63,870 nt of DNA from Euprymna scolopes. Lineage: Eukaryota. The position numbers were made by a program, and so were the translations under genes. Below are positions 25,643 to 38,780 of the stretch, one piece after another; the first letter of the stretch is position 1, and every line of letters starts with the position of its first letter. The stretch lies in NCBI GenBank assembly GCA_053919585.1, contig CM132820.1, one strand, 5' to 3'. Below the pieces are notes generated by a model, which did not search any database, had not been told where the DNA came from, and saw only the letters and a list, made by a program, of their open reading frames with translations.

Positions 25643-26480
25643 TGTAAAATAATTAAATTTTAGAAAAATCGTTTTTATAAAAATTCATAATTTAATAAAA
25701 AAACTTTCTTTATATAAAACAAAAAAGTGTTGCAAAGCTCAAATTTTGAAATAACACCATTAGTCTTCTGTTTATTCATTTCTTATCGTCCTGTTGTTTT
25801 TTTTCTACTGGGTATAAGTAATGATGGCTCAGGAGCGGAGAAACGCAGTTAGTGATTTTAGAACCCTTGACTCACTATATACTCCATGTACAGGGATGTT
25901 TGCTGATTCTCGAGGCTGAAGGAAGAGTCTTTGGCAATATAAAATCTCAATCCAGATACTACGTAAGAATGATTGGATTATACCATTTTGTTTTCGATTC
26001 CTTTTATTTGTCAGTTTTCCTTTGGATGGGTTGTTCTTGACAATTCTACTTAGATTCTTCTCCCCGCCTTCTTTAGGCAAAGTTTCAACGTCGAAGCCAT
26101 TCTTCTAGAGAACTGGGAGATAATCCAAAAGTCGATGACGTGCGAAATGCTGCTGGAATGGAATGGGATGAGGAAAGGCGAGAATTATTTTCATCGAAAT
26201 GCAACAAGGATTTTGCCGCTGCCTTAACTGATTATCTCCCTTGTCTAAAAATAAATCCCCTCCCACAATCAGAAAGATATTACCGACTACTACACCGGTC
26301 CATCGGAATAACTGAGTGAGTTATTTACTTTAATAAACAACTCCATCTGCAGAATACTTCAGGCTATTACGTAATTTCAACTTTTTTGATTAATTCATTC
26401 ACCACACCTTCTCTCTATTCTGTCTGCAATCTAGTTCTCCATCGACTAATATCTCAATTTTCTCACAATATTCTAAATAT

Positions 26481-27288
26481 TCTATAATATAAATTTCGCC
26501 TGTCTGTTTAAATGTATGTATGTATGTATGTATGTATGTATGTATATTTGGGGTAGAGAGGGCTCCCGTAAGCCGTGGTGAAGGCAACCTTTCTAGGAGA
26601 AGCAAATCTCTGATTTAAAAAACCATAAAGCGGAAGACCATTACCCGCATTAAGCTGGTCTGCAGTTTAATTTGTTGCTGGCTATCTTGCTCTTGCTTGT
26701 TGCTGGATCTCAACATTTTGAACCGAGAGAGAGACTTAGCTGTCGTACAAAGCTAAGACTCTGTAACATCATATTTGTATAGATACTCCCTCAGGCATTT
26801 GGGCTCATGGATTTTAAATGTCTGAGGGAGTGGCACTCGTCTGACAAGACAAGACGTTGCAATCATCATGTATGTATATATGTATGTATGTAAGTATATC
26901 TGCCTAAAACTTTCAACAGAGGCGACGGATTTTCACGAGATCGGTATCGATTTGAAGAACGACCATTCGGACGACAAATATCGAAAAATCGGCTAAAAAG
27001 ATTAATTCCTTCACCCTTAACTGGCCACTTTTCTACAAGAAGGGGGTCACATTTTTCGCCGACATTTTCGAAAGTCATACCCTCTTTTAGATTGACTAGC
27101 CTTAATTTAAACATTCGGTACTTCTGGTTTGGCGATGGATGCAACTGCAAAAACGTCACGGTTTTTTTTCACGTTCTTTTCCTCCTTCGCGGTACGGGTT
27201 CGAGCCTGCCTGCCTACTATATGTTTTTGTTTGTTTTGCTCAGTACACACCTCCAAACACCCGGTGCAACACCGGGCACCCAGGCTAG
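26481..27288 (+). mobile_element. Non-autonomous Helitron containing an RTE-related insertion (~26547-26868) in its (TATG)n tract
   Basis: TC start; CCGGTGCAACACCGG..CTAG end; insertion has AAGGCAACCTTTCTAGGAGAAGCAAATCTCTGATT..AAACC, resembling the RTE 5' UTR motif. Confidence 0.7.
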
Positions 27289-27341
27289 TTTAATATATAA
27301 CAAACTTTCTTTCTCTGTCATTCTCCCTCCTTTGTCACTCT

Positions 27342-27396
<55 letters not shown>

Positions 27397-27449
27397 TTGG
27401 TATGTTTTTCAATTATATTTCACTCTTTGTGTGTAGTAATCCTTTTTTA

Positions 27450-28060
27450 GAAGCTCAATGTATGTTAAATATTACAACAGAGCACATATAAAATAATAAC
27501 AGTGTAGTTACATTCCAAGATCCAAATATATATTTTCCATGCGAAACATCTCCACAAACAAAGTAAATGATGAAACTAATGTTATTGGTGTCTACAAGGG
27601 AAACGTTTCCTCTGTAAAGAACATTAACATTAGATTCACCGTTTACTATAAAAATTTAAAACCCAAAACTTAATTATTAAAAACAACCCTTTCCCTCCGT
27701 TTTAACCACTAGAACGTACCAACGACATCTATCAGTTCAAATGCACCTGGGGGGAATATAACTACTACAACAACAATTTAACTAATAGTTACGTAGGACA
27801 TACGACCACCACATTATCATACTACCTCATCTGCCATAATGTTTAATCAAGTGCCATATTTCAACATTTACACAAAAAAACATCACTGACACCGTCAAAT
27901 TTCAGAGAAAATTTGGTCAACAGCACAAAAACACTACACCACGAAACGAATGTAAAGAAGCTTAAAATTCTTAGAGCTCTTTATATCAAAACGCAAAGAC
28001 CTAATATTAATGAAATAACATTTCAAAACAGCACCAATATACTTAAATGCTTAGCATAAC
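27450..28060 (+). pseudogene. Penelope-like element 3' fragment (GIY-YIG), possibly Naiad-type
   Basis: VYYKN..., TNDIYQFKC, SYVGHTTTTLS, SAIFQHL, LKILRALYIKTQRPNIN; frameshifted. Confidence 0.7.
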
Positions 28061-28229
28061 TCCCCCTCCCCTACGTACAAGCTGTTTCAGATATTGACCC
28101 CAGAACTGGCACGCCCCCTTGCTTTCCCTATTACACTAACACTCCACCGCCGCTACCAGCCCAATGACATTCACTTGCACCTCAACTACTATTAAAAAAG
28201 AAAAAAAAACACAATTCCACGCAGAAACT

Positions 28230-28305
28230 AATACAAACATTCCTGACGATGCGTAAATGTCTGCACGAAAAGTAAACACCGTGGACACATCGAAAAAATG
28301 CTTGG
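28230..28305 (+). ncRNA. Degenerate hammerhead in the PLE 3' region (stem III deleted)
   Basis: CAAACATTC-CTGACGA-TG..TGTCTGC/GTGGACA..CATC-GAAA then AATGCTTG pairing with stem I. Confidence 0.4.
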
Positions 28306-28451
28306 ACCATATATCCACACCTTCGACGTATATACAAAAAAGATAATCCGGAAAATTAAAAAAATAAAAAAGGTATTACTAAATAGAAGCTTTCCGTTGT
28401 TCTTAACAATGTTTGTCTGAATGAAATAATACCGCCTAAATATACATAATA

Positions 28452-29212
28452 TCTATAATATAAAGCTGAACGTCTGTGTGTGTGTGTCTGGTCACGAATA
28501 GGCTCCTATATGGTTGACTATTATAGAAAACTGATCACATATAATGATAGAAGATGTATCGAGACACAGGAATCGGTATGTTTGATCGGACATAATGATG
28601 ATTCATTAAAATTGTGGGGTCTGCTTACGCGCCTAGTCCACAAAATATGGAAATAAAAAATTAAAAATTAAAAAAAAAATGTTTATAAGTGTTTTTGATA
28701 TAGATGTACATAATAATATTTGATAAGTATGTTTTAACTTAAATAGGGATGGTATAATAAAATTGTGGGGTCTGCGTTCGCGCATGGCCTCCATAAAATG
28801 GAAATAGGCACAAACTTTAATAAAGACTTTTCATATCTATCTGCCTAAGTATACTTTGATAATTATGTTTCAGTTTGAAGAAATATGGTATAATAAAATT
28901 ATGGGATATTCGTTCCTGCCTGACCTCCATAGAATGGAAATATGTCACAAAGTTTAACAAGTTTTTTTTTTAATATAAATCTACAGAATATTGTGATAAT
29001 TGTTTCAGTGTGAACAGGTATGGTATAATAAATTATGGGGTTTATCTATTTTATTTTTACTTTCATCATATTTTGCTTTGGTTTTGATACCCCCAAATTG
29101 GAAGCTATCTCTTTACAACCCTTTCTTTTCATAACCTATCATACTTTCATAAATCAGAGTCCATTTTCTGTTGGCTGTTTTTGAACCCAGTCAACGACGG
29201 GTACTTTTGCTA

Positions 29213-29213
<1 letters not shown>
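28452..29213 (+). mobile_element. Non-autonomous Helitron (different family)
   Basis: A|TCTATAATATAAAG start, (GT)n, internal subrepeats, CCCAGTCAACGACGGG...CTAG|T end. Confidence 0.75.
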
Positions 29214-29282
<69 letters not shown>

Positions 29283-30832
29283 CATAGTAGTATAAATCGT
29301 AACTAGATTAAATCGTGATTTTCTTATTAAGGAAGTGGTATTTTCCATTGGAGAACTATGTATTTAACAGCTGTTCTGTTTTTAAATCCCCGAAACAGCT
29401 ACATGGTAAATTTAACACTGACTCATGAGCAACGCAGAGTATCTTTTATGGTATAAGAATAGTATAAAATAAAATCTTTCTCACAGGTCACGCAGCATGT
29501 GAAAACACCTGCTCTACGTAGAATTGATTTGTCTAGAAACTTGAGCCTATTAATTTATACCACCTACCAAATGTAATACTATAATCTTACTATTTCGACA
29601 CATGCTGTAGGCTATTAAGCACTTTAGATCAACTTTAACTGTTAGATATTGGTCGGACAATGCCGAGTAACCTGGTCGATTATTATCATTCGAAAAATCA
29701 AACAATTTTGGAAAATGCGTATTTACAGTTTGTATTATTTATTCTGGAATTTAACTCCGAAATAAAATAAACAAAGTCGATTTAGGAATTTAAACGTAAA
29801 TAAGATTTTAGCTTAGGTCAACGACACAAGATTTTGTCTTCTTTGCTGAAGTAATAGTTAGCAGAGATTAAACTACGGAATTGGCGAGAAATGCGTTAGC
29901 GAACAGACGTGTGTACGATCATGTTGGAAGCAAAAAGATTAACGAGTCAATATGTAGAAAGAGACTCAGCGTGACAAACTCCGACAAGGGAATCAATAAG
30001 ACGAATGAAACCTATGTAAAATATAACTCGTTGTTATGGCGTTCTTTTAGGGGGTTGACAAATAAGAAGGTATGTGTTGCTTCGGTCTGAGACAAGCGGA
30101 CATATTGTTATCGTTTGGTTGCAAGAAAGCTGTCGTTAAAAGTTTATGTGCCACGTGTTCTTATGAAGAAGCGGATGCATACACAATGAACATTTTACAT
30201 GCATACCACAATAGAAGAACATTTTAACCACCAGACGACACACTATATATATGGAAACGTTAAAGAGACGCTGTTTATATATGTCACTCCGCTACATGAC
30301 AATAACACATAATAAATCTAATACCTCATACGGAATCTGCTCCACAGACACCTGATCCACACATACAATGAATTATATAGTCACGTATCTAACACGTGAC
30401 CACGTTCTTGCATTGAGCATTTGTTACGCATAAAATATTACAAATTTCCACACAGTTTAAACTCAGTAGACAAAAAAAAAAAGAAAGAAAAAAAACAACA
30501 ACAAAACAACAACTTAAAAATGCCTGATAGTGATTGGGAGAATTCAGTTGTAATTAATCGCAAAAACAGTTGAACGAGAAAACACATACATATCCTGCAT
30601 TTAACAAAAAACAAGAATAATCACCAGAAGAGAGAACTTAAAGCACTCCGTNNNNNNNNNNNNNNNNNNNNNNNNNNNNNNNNNNNNNNNNNNNNNNNNN
30701 NNNNNNNNNNNNNNNNNNNNNNNNNNNNNNNNNNNNNNNNNNNNNNNNNNNNNNNNNNNNNNNNNNNNNNNNNNNNNNNNNNNNNNNNNNNNNNNNNNNN
30801 NNNNNNNNNTTTGGGGTAAACAGTTACATATC

Positions 30833-30882
30833 GTCGCTACAAATAGTCATCTGTTTCAGTCAAAGAGACTTCATCAGGCGAC
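30833..30882 (-). ncRNA. Type I hammerhead ribozyme with intact core
   Basis: GTCGC-CTGATGA-AGTC TCTTT GACT-GAAA-CA GATGACTATT TG-TA-GCGAC; stems I and II perfectly paired. Confidence 0.85.
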
Positions 30883-31574
30883 CTGGAACCTCTCGACGCC
30901 CCCCCCCATGAAAAAATGGGATAGATTAGAGAGAAATTAAGGAGAATGGAGCCCTTCAAAAAAAAGTATAAAAAGTTCATAAAGAGTTTATAATAAATTG
31001 CGAGCTGTCTAAAAAAAGAGGATAGAAAAAAGGGGATAGAAAAAAAGAAAAAGGAAAGATCGCATTAGGACGTACTAAAAGATATTCAAAACTTTTCACA
31101 ACAGAATGTAAATTTGAAATAAAATTAAAAATGGGTTATGATTTTATTGGGGCTGTGAGTTGTACAGGAGGGTGGTGTGGAAGGGGTTCTACTTATATTG
31201 AACGTGTCACGGAAAGAAAAGGACTTTGCATTTGTGTGATTTTACTCCGAGAGTTACGTGTCGTTATGCGTTAAGTTGGGGGTGAAGGGATTGTCTGCAT
31301 TAGACAATACTATCATAATAGGAATAAATACTTGTAAAAGGAAAAAAAGGGATGATGCCCCAGGCATGGTTGACCTCGAGGCCTACCCTTGGGGGAGATA
31401 CTTTTTTTTGACGTCCACACCCTGGCAGGGTTTTTTCAAAAGGCCGAAAATGTCTGTTCGTTTTAAAACTGCGCGCGCAGGAAATTTTCTAAATCAAAGG
31501 CCTGAAAAAGAAACCATGGCATTCAGCGCCTCAACCAATGAGGTTCGCCTTTCCATGTACAATTTCCAACAGTA

Positions 31575-32468
31575 CAGCTTAGATAAGTAGGTCCCGCAGG
31601 CGAGCCTCGTTCTGAAAAATCTGATCAGTTAGGTCACGTGACATGTGACACCGGTGATTCTACCACTATTGACCTTTTTAACGTTGACTTATCTTGCCTT
31701 TGGTTGCAATTTTCGCTTCTTCGTTATGTTTTACTTCTTCGTTATGTTTATAAATGTTCGAAATTTCTTTGAATTTTATCTTTCTTTAATTCTTTAAATT
31801 GTGTTTTTTTTATTTCTTTCTTTATTTTGAGCTTACCTTGCTTTTATATTCCCCCACTTCGTTTTTGTTTTTAATAATAAATGCTTCTCTACATTAAAAA
31901 CCAACCTTGTGTCTAACTCTGTCCTCGTGCGGAGGCAAGTAAATAGGAAGTATTATGGCGGCTGAAAAACGTTTTTTACAACACATTTAAACCCTGAAGA
32001 ATTTCCACCATGCTTTGTTCGAAGTTAATAACTAGCCACTTCTTGTGTTTCAAAGTTAAAAAAAAAATAAAATAAAAAGCGCTTTAAAATAGTAAAAACA
32101 CCAAAGCTTTTTTCGACTGTTGTCTTTTTTTGGAAGAGGTGGGGGGGGGTTGAGGCGCCCCTATTATCCCAAAGAACCAGCTATGTAAACACTTTGCAAT
32201 ATTTTTCAATAATTATTTACAAAAAAAAAAAAAAAAAACATTTCTTTATAACCAATTTTTATTTAAATTTAAGAAATTATTTTCTAAAATATATTGTTTA
32301 TATATGTTTACATTTTTTTAAAAGTAAAATTAAGAAATTAATTTTAAAAATATGGTTTATATCCATCTTTATTCAAAAAGGTTACTTTTCGGTAGCTTCA
32401 CCGGTTGTTAACCTAAATTTCCGAATGTCAGAACGAGGCTCGTCTGCGGGACTTACTTATCTAAACTG
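31575..32468. mobile_element. Non-autonomous TIR DNA element (~41-bp TIRs)
   Basis: CAGCTTAGATAAGTAGGTCCCGCAGGCGAGCCTCGTTCTGA vs TCAGAACGAGGCTCGTCTGCGGGACTTACTTATCTAAACTG; superfamily unresolved. Confidence 0.75.
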
Positions 32469-33127
32469 CACCGAATTAAAAAAGCAAAACAAAAAATAAC
32501 GAATAAGAATCGAATCTCTCCAGGTTTTTTTGTTTTTAATTTGTTTATTTTGTTTTGTTTTTTACTGTTTTTTTATTACTCCAAAAGATATCGTTGAAAT
32601 AATAAGAAAAAAACTAATAAATAAAAAACCGAAACATTTTTTTTGGCGCGAGAGATGCCTTGTGTTAAAAATCTCTGGTTAACTTATTTTAAAAATTTTA
32701 AAATTTTTACTTCAACAATCAATAAAGACTTGTTCTTTTGTTTTTGTTTGCTGTTGTTTTTTGTTACTGAATAAACGCTTCAAAATAAATTAAACCACTA
32801 ACAACTAAGCCAGCTAGGTAGAAAAATCTATTTTGCCCCTTTGAAAACGACAGTAAATAAGTATAAATATTTTAAAAAGTATTATGCGATCTGTAGTCTC
32901 GCTTTTGAACAGAATAAACGCTTTAAAATAAGTGAAACCGCTAACAACTTAACCAGTTAGATAGAAAACGGACACTTAGAAAATCGATTTTATTTTTTTT
33001 AAAAACAACAGTAACCAAGTGAATATATTTAAAAAAAAATATTATGGTGGGGTATAGTCTTTTAAAAACAATATCTCCTTCAAGAACGGTCATAAAATGT
33101 GTTTTCAATCGATATTTACTCGATAAG

Positions 33128-33220
33128 GGACCAGTTTTCCTTCCTACCAAAAAGGGACGAGTTTTCCGGGGACCAGTTTTCCGAGTACTAGTTTGCCGGG
33201 GACCAGTTTTCCGGGCACCA
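33128..33220. repeat. 15-bp GGGACCAGTTTTCCG subrepeats, probably a DNA-transposon subterminal array
   Basis: About five units visible; a similar 15-bp array (GGTAAAAATGGCACA) at 42186-42290. Confidence 0.5.
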
Positions 33221-33628
33221 TAATTTCTATTCCCTATGTATTTTTTAAGGAAAACTCCTCGAGAAGGTTATAACTGAAAGATTCGTGATTTGACAGAAAA
33301 ATACGAAATGTTACCACCGTAAACGGTTCGTAAATTTATCGAATTATTTTATTTTGAAGAAATAAACAATATTGTTAATACAATCTGGTTCTTTGAAATC
33401 TCTCTCCCTCCTCTCTCTCTCTTTCTCTCTCTCCCTCTCTCTATCTCTCTCTATCTCTCCCTTTGATGAAATCAAAGGAGACGCAGTATTTACCTGATGT
33501 AAGCAATGGTAAATTATTCATATACAGATATTTTAATTCCAACCAAATAAAAAAGCTCAATACACACACAATATAGCGTAGAGCTTATTATGAGACAAAA
33601 GTTTAAATTTACAATGAAATTTTACAAA

Positions 33629-33687
33629 GTCCTTATTCCGCGGAGTTTCAAAGAATGCTATTCTTGCCATTCTTCTCGTCGGAGGAC
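33629..33687 (-). ncRNA. Hammerhead motif, same family as 21265-21315 (U4>C core change)
   Basis: GTCCT-CCGACGA-GAAGAATG..CATTCTTT-GAAA-CTCCGCGGAA-TA-AGGAC. Confidence 0.65.
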
Positions 33688-33892
33688 AGAAAGAAATCAG
33701 CAAATTAGATTTGTAGCAATGCTAGGATTTGCTGGTTATGGCTTTAAGTGAAACTGCAATTTATTATAGTCATAAATTGCAAAGATGTACATGTCATTTA
33801 AAAACAAGAGTGAAAAAAAATTGTTTTTTGGAGTATTCAGTCGAACAATAATTTTGATTGTAAATTTCAACTTACAGTTTTAATCTTTTCCC

Positions 33893-33931
<39 letters not shown>

Positions 33932-33949
33932 AATGTATATATATAATGA

Positions 33950-35290
33950 TTATGATTATGAAAGCATAAAACACTGGTGTTTGCAGATAGAGAAATAATT
34001 ATTTATAATTATTAGCCACTTTATTAAAGAAAGTTCTTAAAGTTAAGCACTGCCTAAAAAGTAAAGGCGATCGCCTGGCCTTGTGCGAGGTTTTGTGATC
34101 ACTATTGACTGTTTTAACGTTGCGCCTTAATATGTCATTTGTAAACTTTTAATTTCCCTTTTTTTTACATAGGCATCACCACTTATCAAGGCCAAGAGGC
34201 CACTCAAGGATAAGGGTTAAAGAGTGTACAGTAGACATTGGACAATATAGTAATCATTAGTAATGAAAATTTGGTAAATTTGATAACTTATATAGAACGG
34301 CTCATCAAGAACTTATTTACGTTAGACTTGAACACAACCATATTGTAGTCAGCCGGAAAGCAGGAAAACGGAAGACAATTCCACAGGCGTGCAGTTCTAA
34401 GAAAGAAGCTTTGTTCGTGGAATCTACGTTTAGGTTTAGGCACATATAAAGAGTGGGGGGAATTATTGATAGTGTGTACAGCTAGACGAGTGTTTCTTGT
34501 GAAAGTTTGGCGAGGGGGGACCATAGATTGAAGCTCAGTTGAACACCTTCCATGAAAATAACGATACATCAGAGACAAACTCGCAACATCTCTTCTGTGA
34601 GATAGAGGTTGCAAGGAAGAGAAAAGGATATCTCCTACGAGGCTACGAAGTCTATTTTGAACTCTATCAAGGCAGGACAAGTCCTTTCTAGCAGGTCCTG
34701 CCCAGATGTGGCAACAATATTCCATCCTTGGACGTACCTGGCTCTTATATAGATAGAGAATAGTATCAGCAGTGAGATATTTACCGGATCGATAGAAAGA
34801 TCCCACCATTTTTCCAGCGGCCTTGGCAACAGATTTGATGTACGTGTTCCATTTAAGATCAGGAGTAAAGGTCAAGCCCAGAAGCTTGTCAAAACTTGAG
34901 GCCTCCTGAAGACGAGAGCCATTCATTTCAATTGATGCCAGATGTGGATCAGAATGTTGATGATGTAAAGAGAGAAGCTTGGTTTTAGATGCATTAAAAG
35001 TAACCAGTCACTCCTTTCCCCATTGTACTACGTGCTCAAGATCAGAGGAGAGAGAATTGGAGAGAACTTGGTCGTTTACTGTCTTAGATGTGCTACCATA
35101 GATGGTAGTGTCGTCAGCATAAATGTCTACAAATTCTCATTGTAGGTGATAATGTTCAAGAAAGAAGTATCGTTGAGTGAAAGTTGAGCTTGGTTTTGAA
35201 TCTCGACCCGTAGCAATCGTCCCTTCCTGCATTGATGATTGCGAAAGAATGAAACACTAGCGTCTGTATGCCAATATATTTGCGGAGGAT
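33950..35290 (+). ncRNA. Old family A tRNA-HHR unit (HHR-body-tRNA-HHR) split by a CR1 insertion
   Basis: Degenerate HHR ~33950-33988 and body to ~34158; after the LINE, a degenerate B box GGTTTTGAATC and HHR 35226-35270 CCTGCA-TTGATGA..GAAA-CACTAGCG-TC-TGTATG. Confidence 0.6.
34159..35135 (-). mobile_element. 5'-truncated CR1 (Zenon-like) LINE, RT C-terminal part (ORF 34288-34926)
   Basis: IYADDTT, LLGLTF, YKSQVRPRMEYCCHIWAG, LQPLSHRRDVASL; 3' UTR and poly-A. Confidence 0.9.
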
Positions 35291-35667
35291 ATATATATAC
35301 ATACATATATATATTCTAAATAAATAAATATGCTAAATAATATTGCCGTATGTTGCAGCCAGATAGTCTGAATAGTTATTATTCAATTTCAACTCCAATC
35401 TCCTTACATTCCTCAGGGACATTCATAATACCATACTGGAAAAATGACCCATCCTCTTCNNNNNNNNNNNNNNNNNNNNNNNNNNNNNNNNNNNNNNNNN
35501 NNNNNNNNNNNNNNNNNNNNNNNNNNNNNNNNNNNNNNNNNNNNNNNNNNNNNNNNNNNNNNNNNNNNNNNNNNNNNNNNNNNNNNNNNNNNAATGCGTG
35601 GGAAGACTAGAAAATAAAAGCTAGTGAACTATTACTGAATTAAATCAAAACCACGTGCGTTAACTTT

Positions 35668-36045
35668 TTTTTCTTTTTAGAAAAGAGTCACCACTTATCA
35701 AAACTCGAGGCCACTCGAGGATAAGTGTTAATGAGTGTACAGTATTCAATGTGAAAATGTAAAAATTGTTAGTAGTGGAAATTTGGTAAATTGGATTACT
35801 TAAGGGGACGGCTCATCAAGAATTTGTTTACGTTGGACTTGAAGACAACCATATTGTAGTCAGTTAGAAAGCAGGGAAACGGAAGAGAGTTCCACAGGCG
35901 TGCAGTTCTAAGAAAGAAGATTTGTTCATGGAAGTTCATGGTTAGGCGCAAATAAAAAGTGGGGGAAATTATTGATAGTGGTTGCAGGTAGACGAGTATT
36001 TTTCGTGAACGTCAGGCCAGGGGGGGGGGAGATGGGACGGGACCA
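35668..36045 (-). mobile_element. CR1 (Zenon-like) LINE 3' fragment, family 1
   Basis: Similar to 34159-34530. Confidence 0.85.
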
Positions 36046-36362
36046 CAAAACTAAAATGCTTATTTATATTTGCATAAACTAATTCCATTTCACATTTATT
36101 TAAATTTATGTAAACATTAAAATTTATATAAACATTAAACAATCTGCACAAATTAAATCGCGTTTCTCTGCCAACAATAATCAAATTATCCGAAATGAAT
36201 AAGAAAGGCGGTAGTGTAGCAGAAAGAAAAACGCTCCAGCGAACATGGACACGTGCCACAGCTGTGGTAACGAGAGATTCTTTAAGCTGGTATCGAGACG
36301 AGGAGAAAAAAAAAGGTAATAACCGACTTGTAGTTAATAAAATAAAATAAAATAAAATTATC

Positions 36363-37694
36363 TATCTATGTAACTATAAAAGTGAATGTGTCTGTGTATC
36401 TGTACGTCTGTCTGTGTGCGTAAATTTCCCTACACAATAACTCTGTCAATTTTAAGTCTACAGACTCAAAATTTGATATACAGGGTAGTGAGATTTGGGA
36501 AAATCTATGTGATCGGTTTTCGGCCAGAAATTTGGCTGTTAAGGGGATCTTTGAGTTCTCTACCAAACTCCTCCGACAATTTTGGGTCTGAACACTTGAA
36601 ATTTTAGATATAGGTTCCTTGGACATGGATCTAACTTAATAACTTGATTTGAGCCTAAAATAATAAATGTTAAGAGGTCATAATAGGGGTCAAAGTTTTA
36701 AACAATTACCGCTTTTCTTTTTGTCAAGATACACCTCCAAACACCCGGGCAACGCCGGGATGAAATGCTAGTATATCTATAAAAGTGTGTGTGTGTGTGT
36801 GTGTCTGTGTCTGTGTATCTGTATACATTTCCCTACACAATAACTCTGTCAATTTTCAGTCTACAGACTCGAAATTTGATATACAAAGTACTGAGATCTG
36901 CGAAAAATCTTTGTAATCCGTTTTCGGACAAAAATTTGGCGATTAATGAGTCAAAGTTCAACGAATTAACCTTTGAGAACTCTACCAAACTCCTTCGCCA
37001 ATGTTGGGTATAAACACTTGAAATTTGGGATATATGTTTCTTGGACATGGATCTAACTTAATAACTTGATTTGAGCCCAAAACAATAAATGTTAAAGGGT
37101 AATAATAGGGGTCAAACTTAAAAAAAAAAAAAAAATTGACCGTTTCGGTCTTTACCAAATTGCTAAGACAATTTCTGGTTTGAACATTTGAAATTTTACA
37201 TAAAGGGTATTCAGAGATAGGGCAAGCTTTTTAATCGGTTTGGATCGAACATTAGAGTTACCAATATATAAATGTATGTATGCATGTATGTATGTATGTA
37301 TGTATGTTTGCATGTCTGCCTAAAACTTTCGATAGAGGCGACGGATTTTTACTAAATCAGTATCGTTTTGAAGTTCGACCTTTCAGACAACAAATATCAA
37401 AAAATTGGCTAAAAACATTGATATCTTCACCTTCAACTGGGCACTTTTCTACAGGGGGGGGTCATACTTTCCTTTCGATTGTCTAGCTTTAATTAAAACC
37501 TACGTCACTTCCGGTTTAGCGGTGGTCATAACAGCAAAAAACGTCACGTTTTTCCCCGTTCTTCTCCTCCTTTGCAGTACGAGTTCGAGCTTACCTTCCT
37601 ACTACCATTTTTTGTTTTGCTCAACACACACCTCCAAACACCCAGGCAACGCATGGTTGAAATGCTAGTATATCTATAAAAGTGAAAATATCTT

Positions 37695-37742
<48 letters not shown>

Positions 37743-38490
37743 TGTGTCTGTGTGTGTGTCTGTGTGTGTACATTTCCCTACCAAATAATTTTGTCAATTT
37801 TCGGTCTGGAGACTCGGGATTTGACATAAGGGGTATTCAGATTTGGGAAAATTTTTTAATTGGTGTTTTCAAGGGGTCAAAGTTCAACGATTTGACCTTT
37901 GAAAATTCTACCAAACTCCTCCGCCAATTTTGGGTCTTAAAACTTGAAATTTTAAATTTTCGTTACTTAGACATGGATCAAACTTTTTAATTTGATTTGA
38001 TTTGAGCCCAAAACAATAAATGTATAAGGGTTGAAGTTGGAGTCAAAGTTTAAAAAAAATTACTACAAAATTACTCAGCCAATTTTTGGTCTAGACATTT
38101 AGAATTTTTACATAAAGTGTATTAAAAAATAGGGCAAACCTTTTAATCGGTTTGGGTCGAAAATTTAAGCTGCCAAGGGGTCAAAGTTAAAAAGATTTTA
38201 CATTTGCGATGTCTAACAAACTACTCAACCAATTTTGGTCTAAACATTTGAAATTTATACATAACGGGTATTCAGACATGCGGCAAGCATTTTAATCAGT
38301 TTTGGGCAGAAAGTTTGGCTGCCAAAACGTCAAAGTTGAAAGAGTTGACCTTTGCAGATTCTACCAAATTCCTCCGCCAATTTTGGGTCTAAAGCCTTTA
38401 AATTTTAGATGTAGGTAACTTGGACATGGGTAAAACTTTGTATTTTTATTTGAGACCAAAATGATAAACGTTAAGAGGTAAAATGTTTTT
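36363..38490 (+). mobile_element. Three head-to-tail non-autonomous Helitrons (36363-36771, 36776-37668, 37673-~38490)
   Basis: Each starts TCTATA..AAAGTG + (GT)n; the first two end with a GC-rich hairpin (degenerate in the second) and CTAG; junctions read CTAG-TATA-TC. Confidence 0.8.
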
Positions 38491-38494
38491 ATTT

Positions 38495-38720
38495 TTCGAC
38501 CGTTCAGAAAGCCGTTGAGGTTCGAGAAAGGTTTGAACTGAAACGAACACAGTTCAAGCGTAACGGTCACATTTCAGTAAACATGGTTAATTCATTACTC
38601 ACTCAGCATCAGCCGTATAGGGTAATGGTGAGAACCTTGACAGTCATTTGGGCGGTCGGCTTTTGCCTATCTAGCCGCGCTGATGAGCTGCGAAACAGTA
38701 CTGTATGTGGATACCCATAT
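38495..38720 (+). ncRNA. Family B hammerhead unit fused upstream of the PLE ORF
   Basis: HHR 38675-38710 CCGCG-CTGATGA-GCTGC-GAAA-CAGTACTG-TA-TGTGG; tRNA A-box-like TAGGGTAATGG at 38618; nested hairpins 38500-38568. Confidence 0.75.
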
Positions 38721-38780
38721 ATATTTTATAACTTAGAATATTGGACCAGGAAAAATACCCCTAACCACTTCAACATTTTA

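Noticed and set aside
38583-38780. Signal-peptide-like N-terminus on the PLE ORF
   Set aside because: It is chance in-frame read-through of the tRNA-like/hammerhead sequence; the RT itself is 5'-truncated
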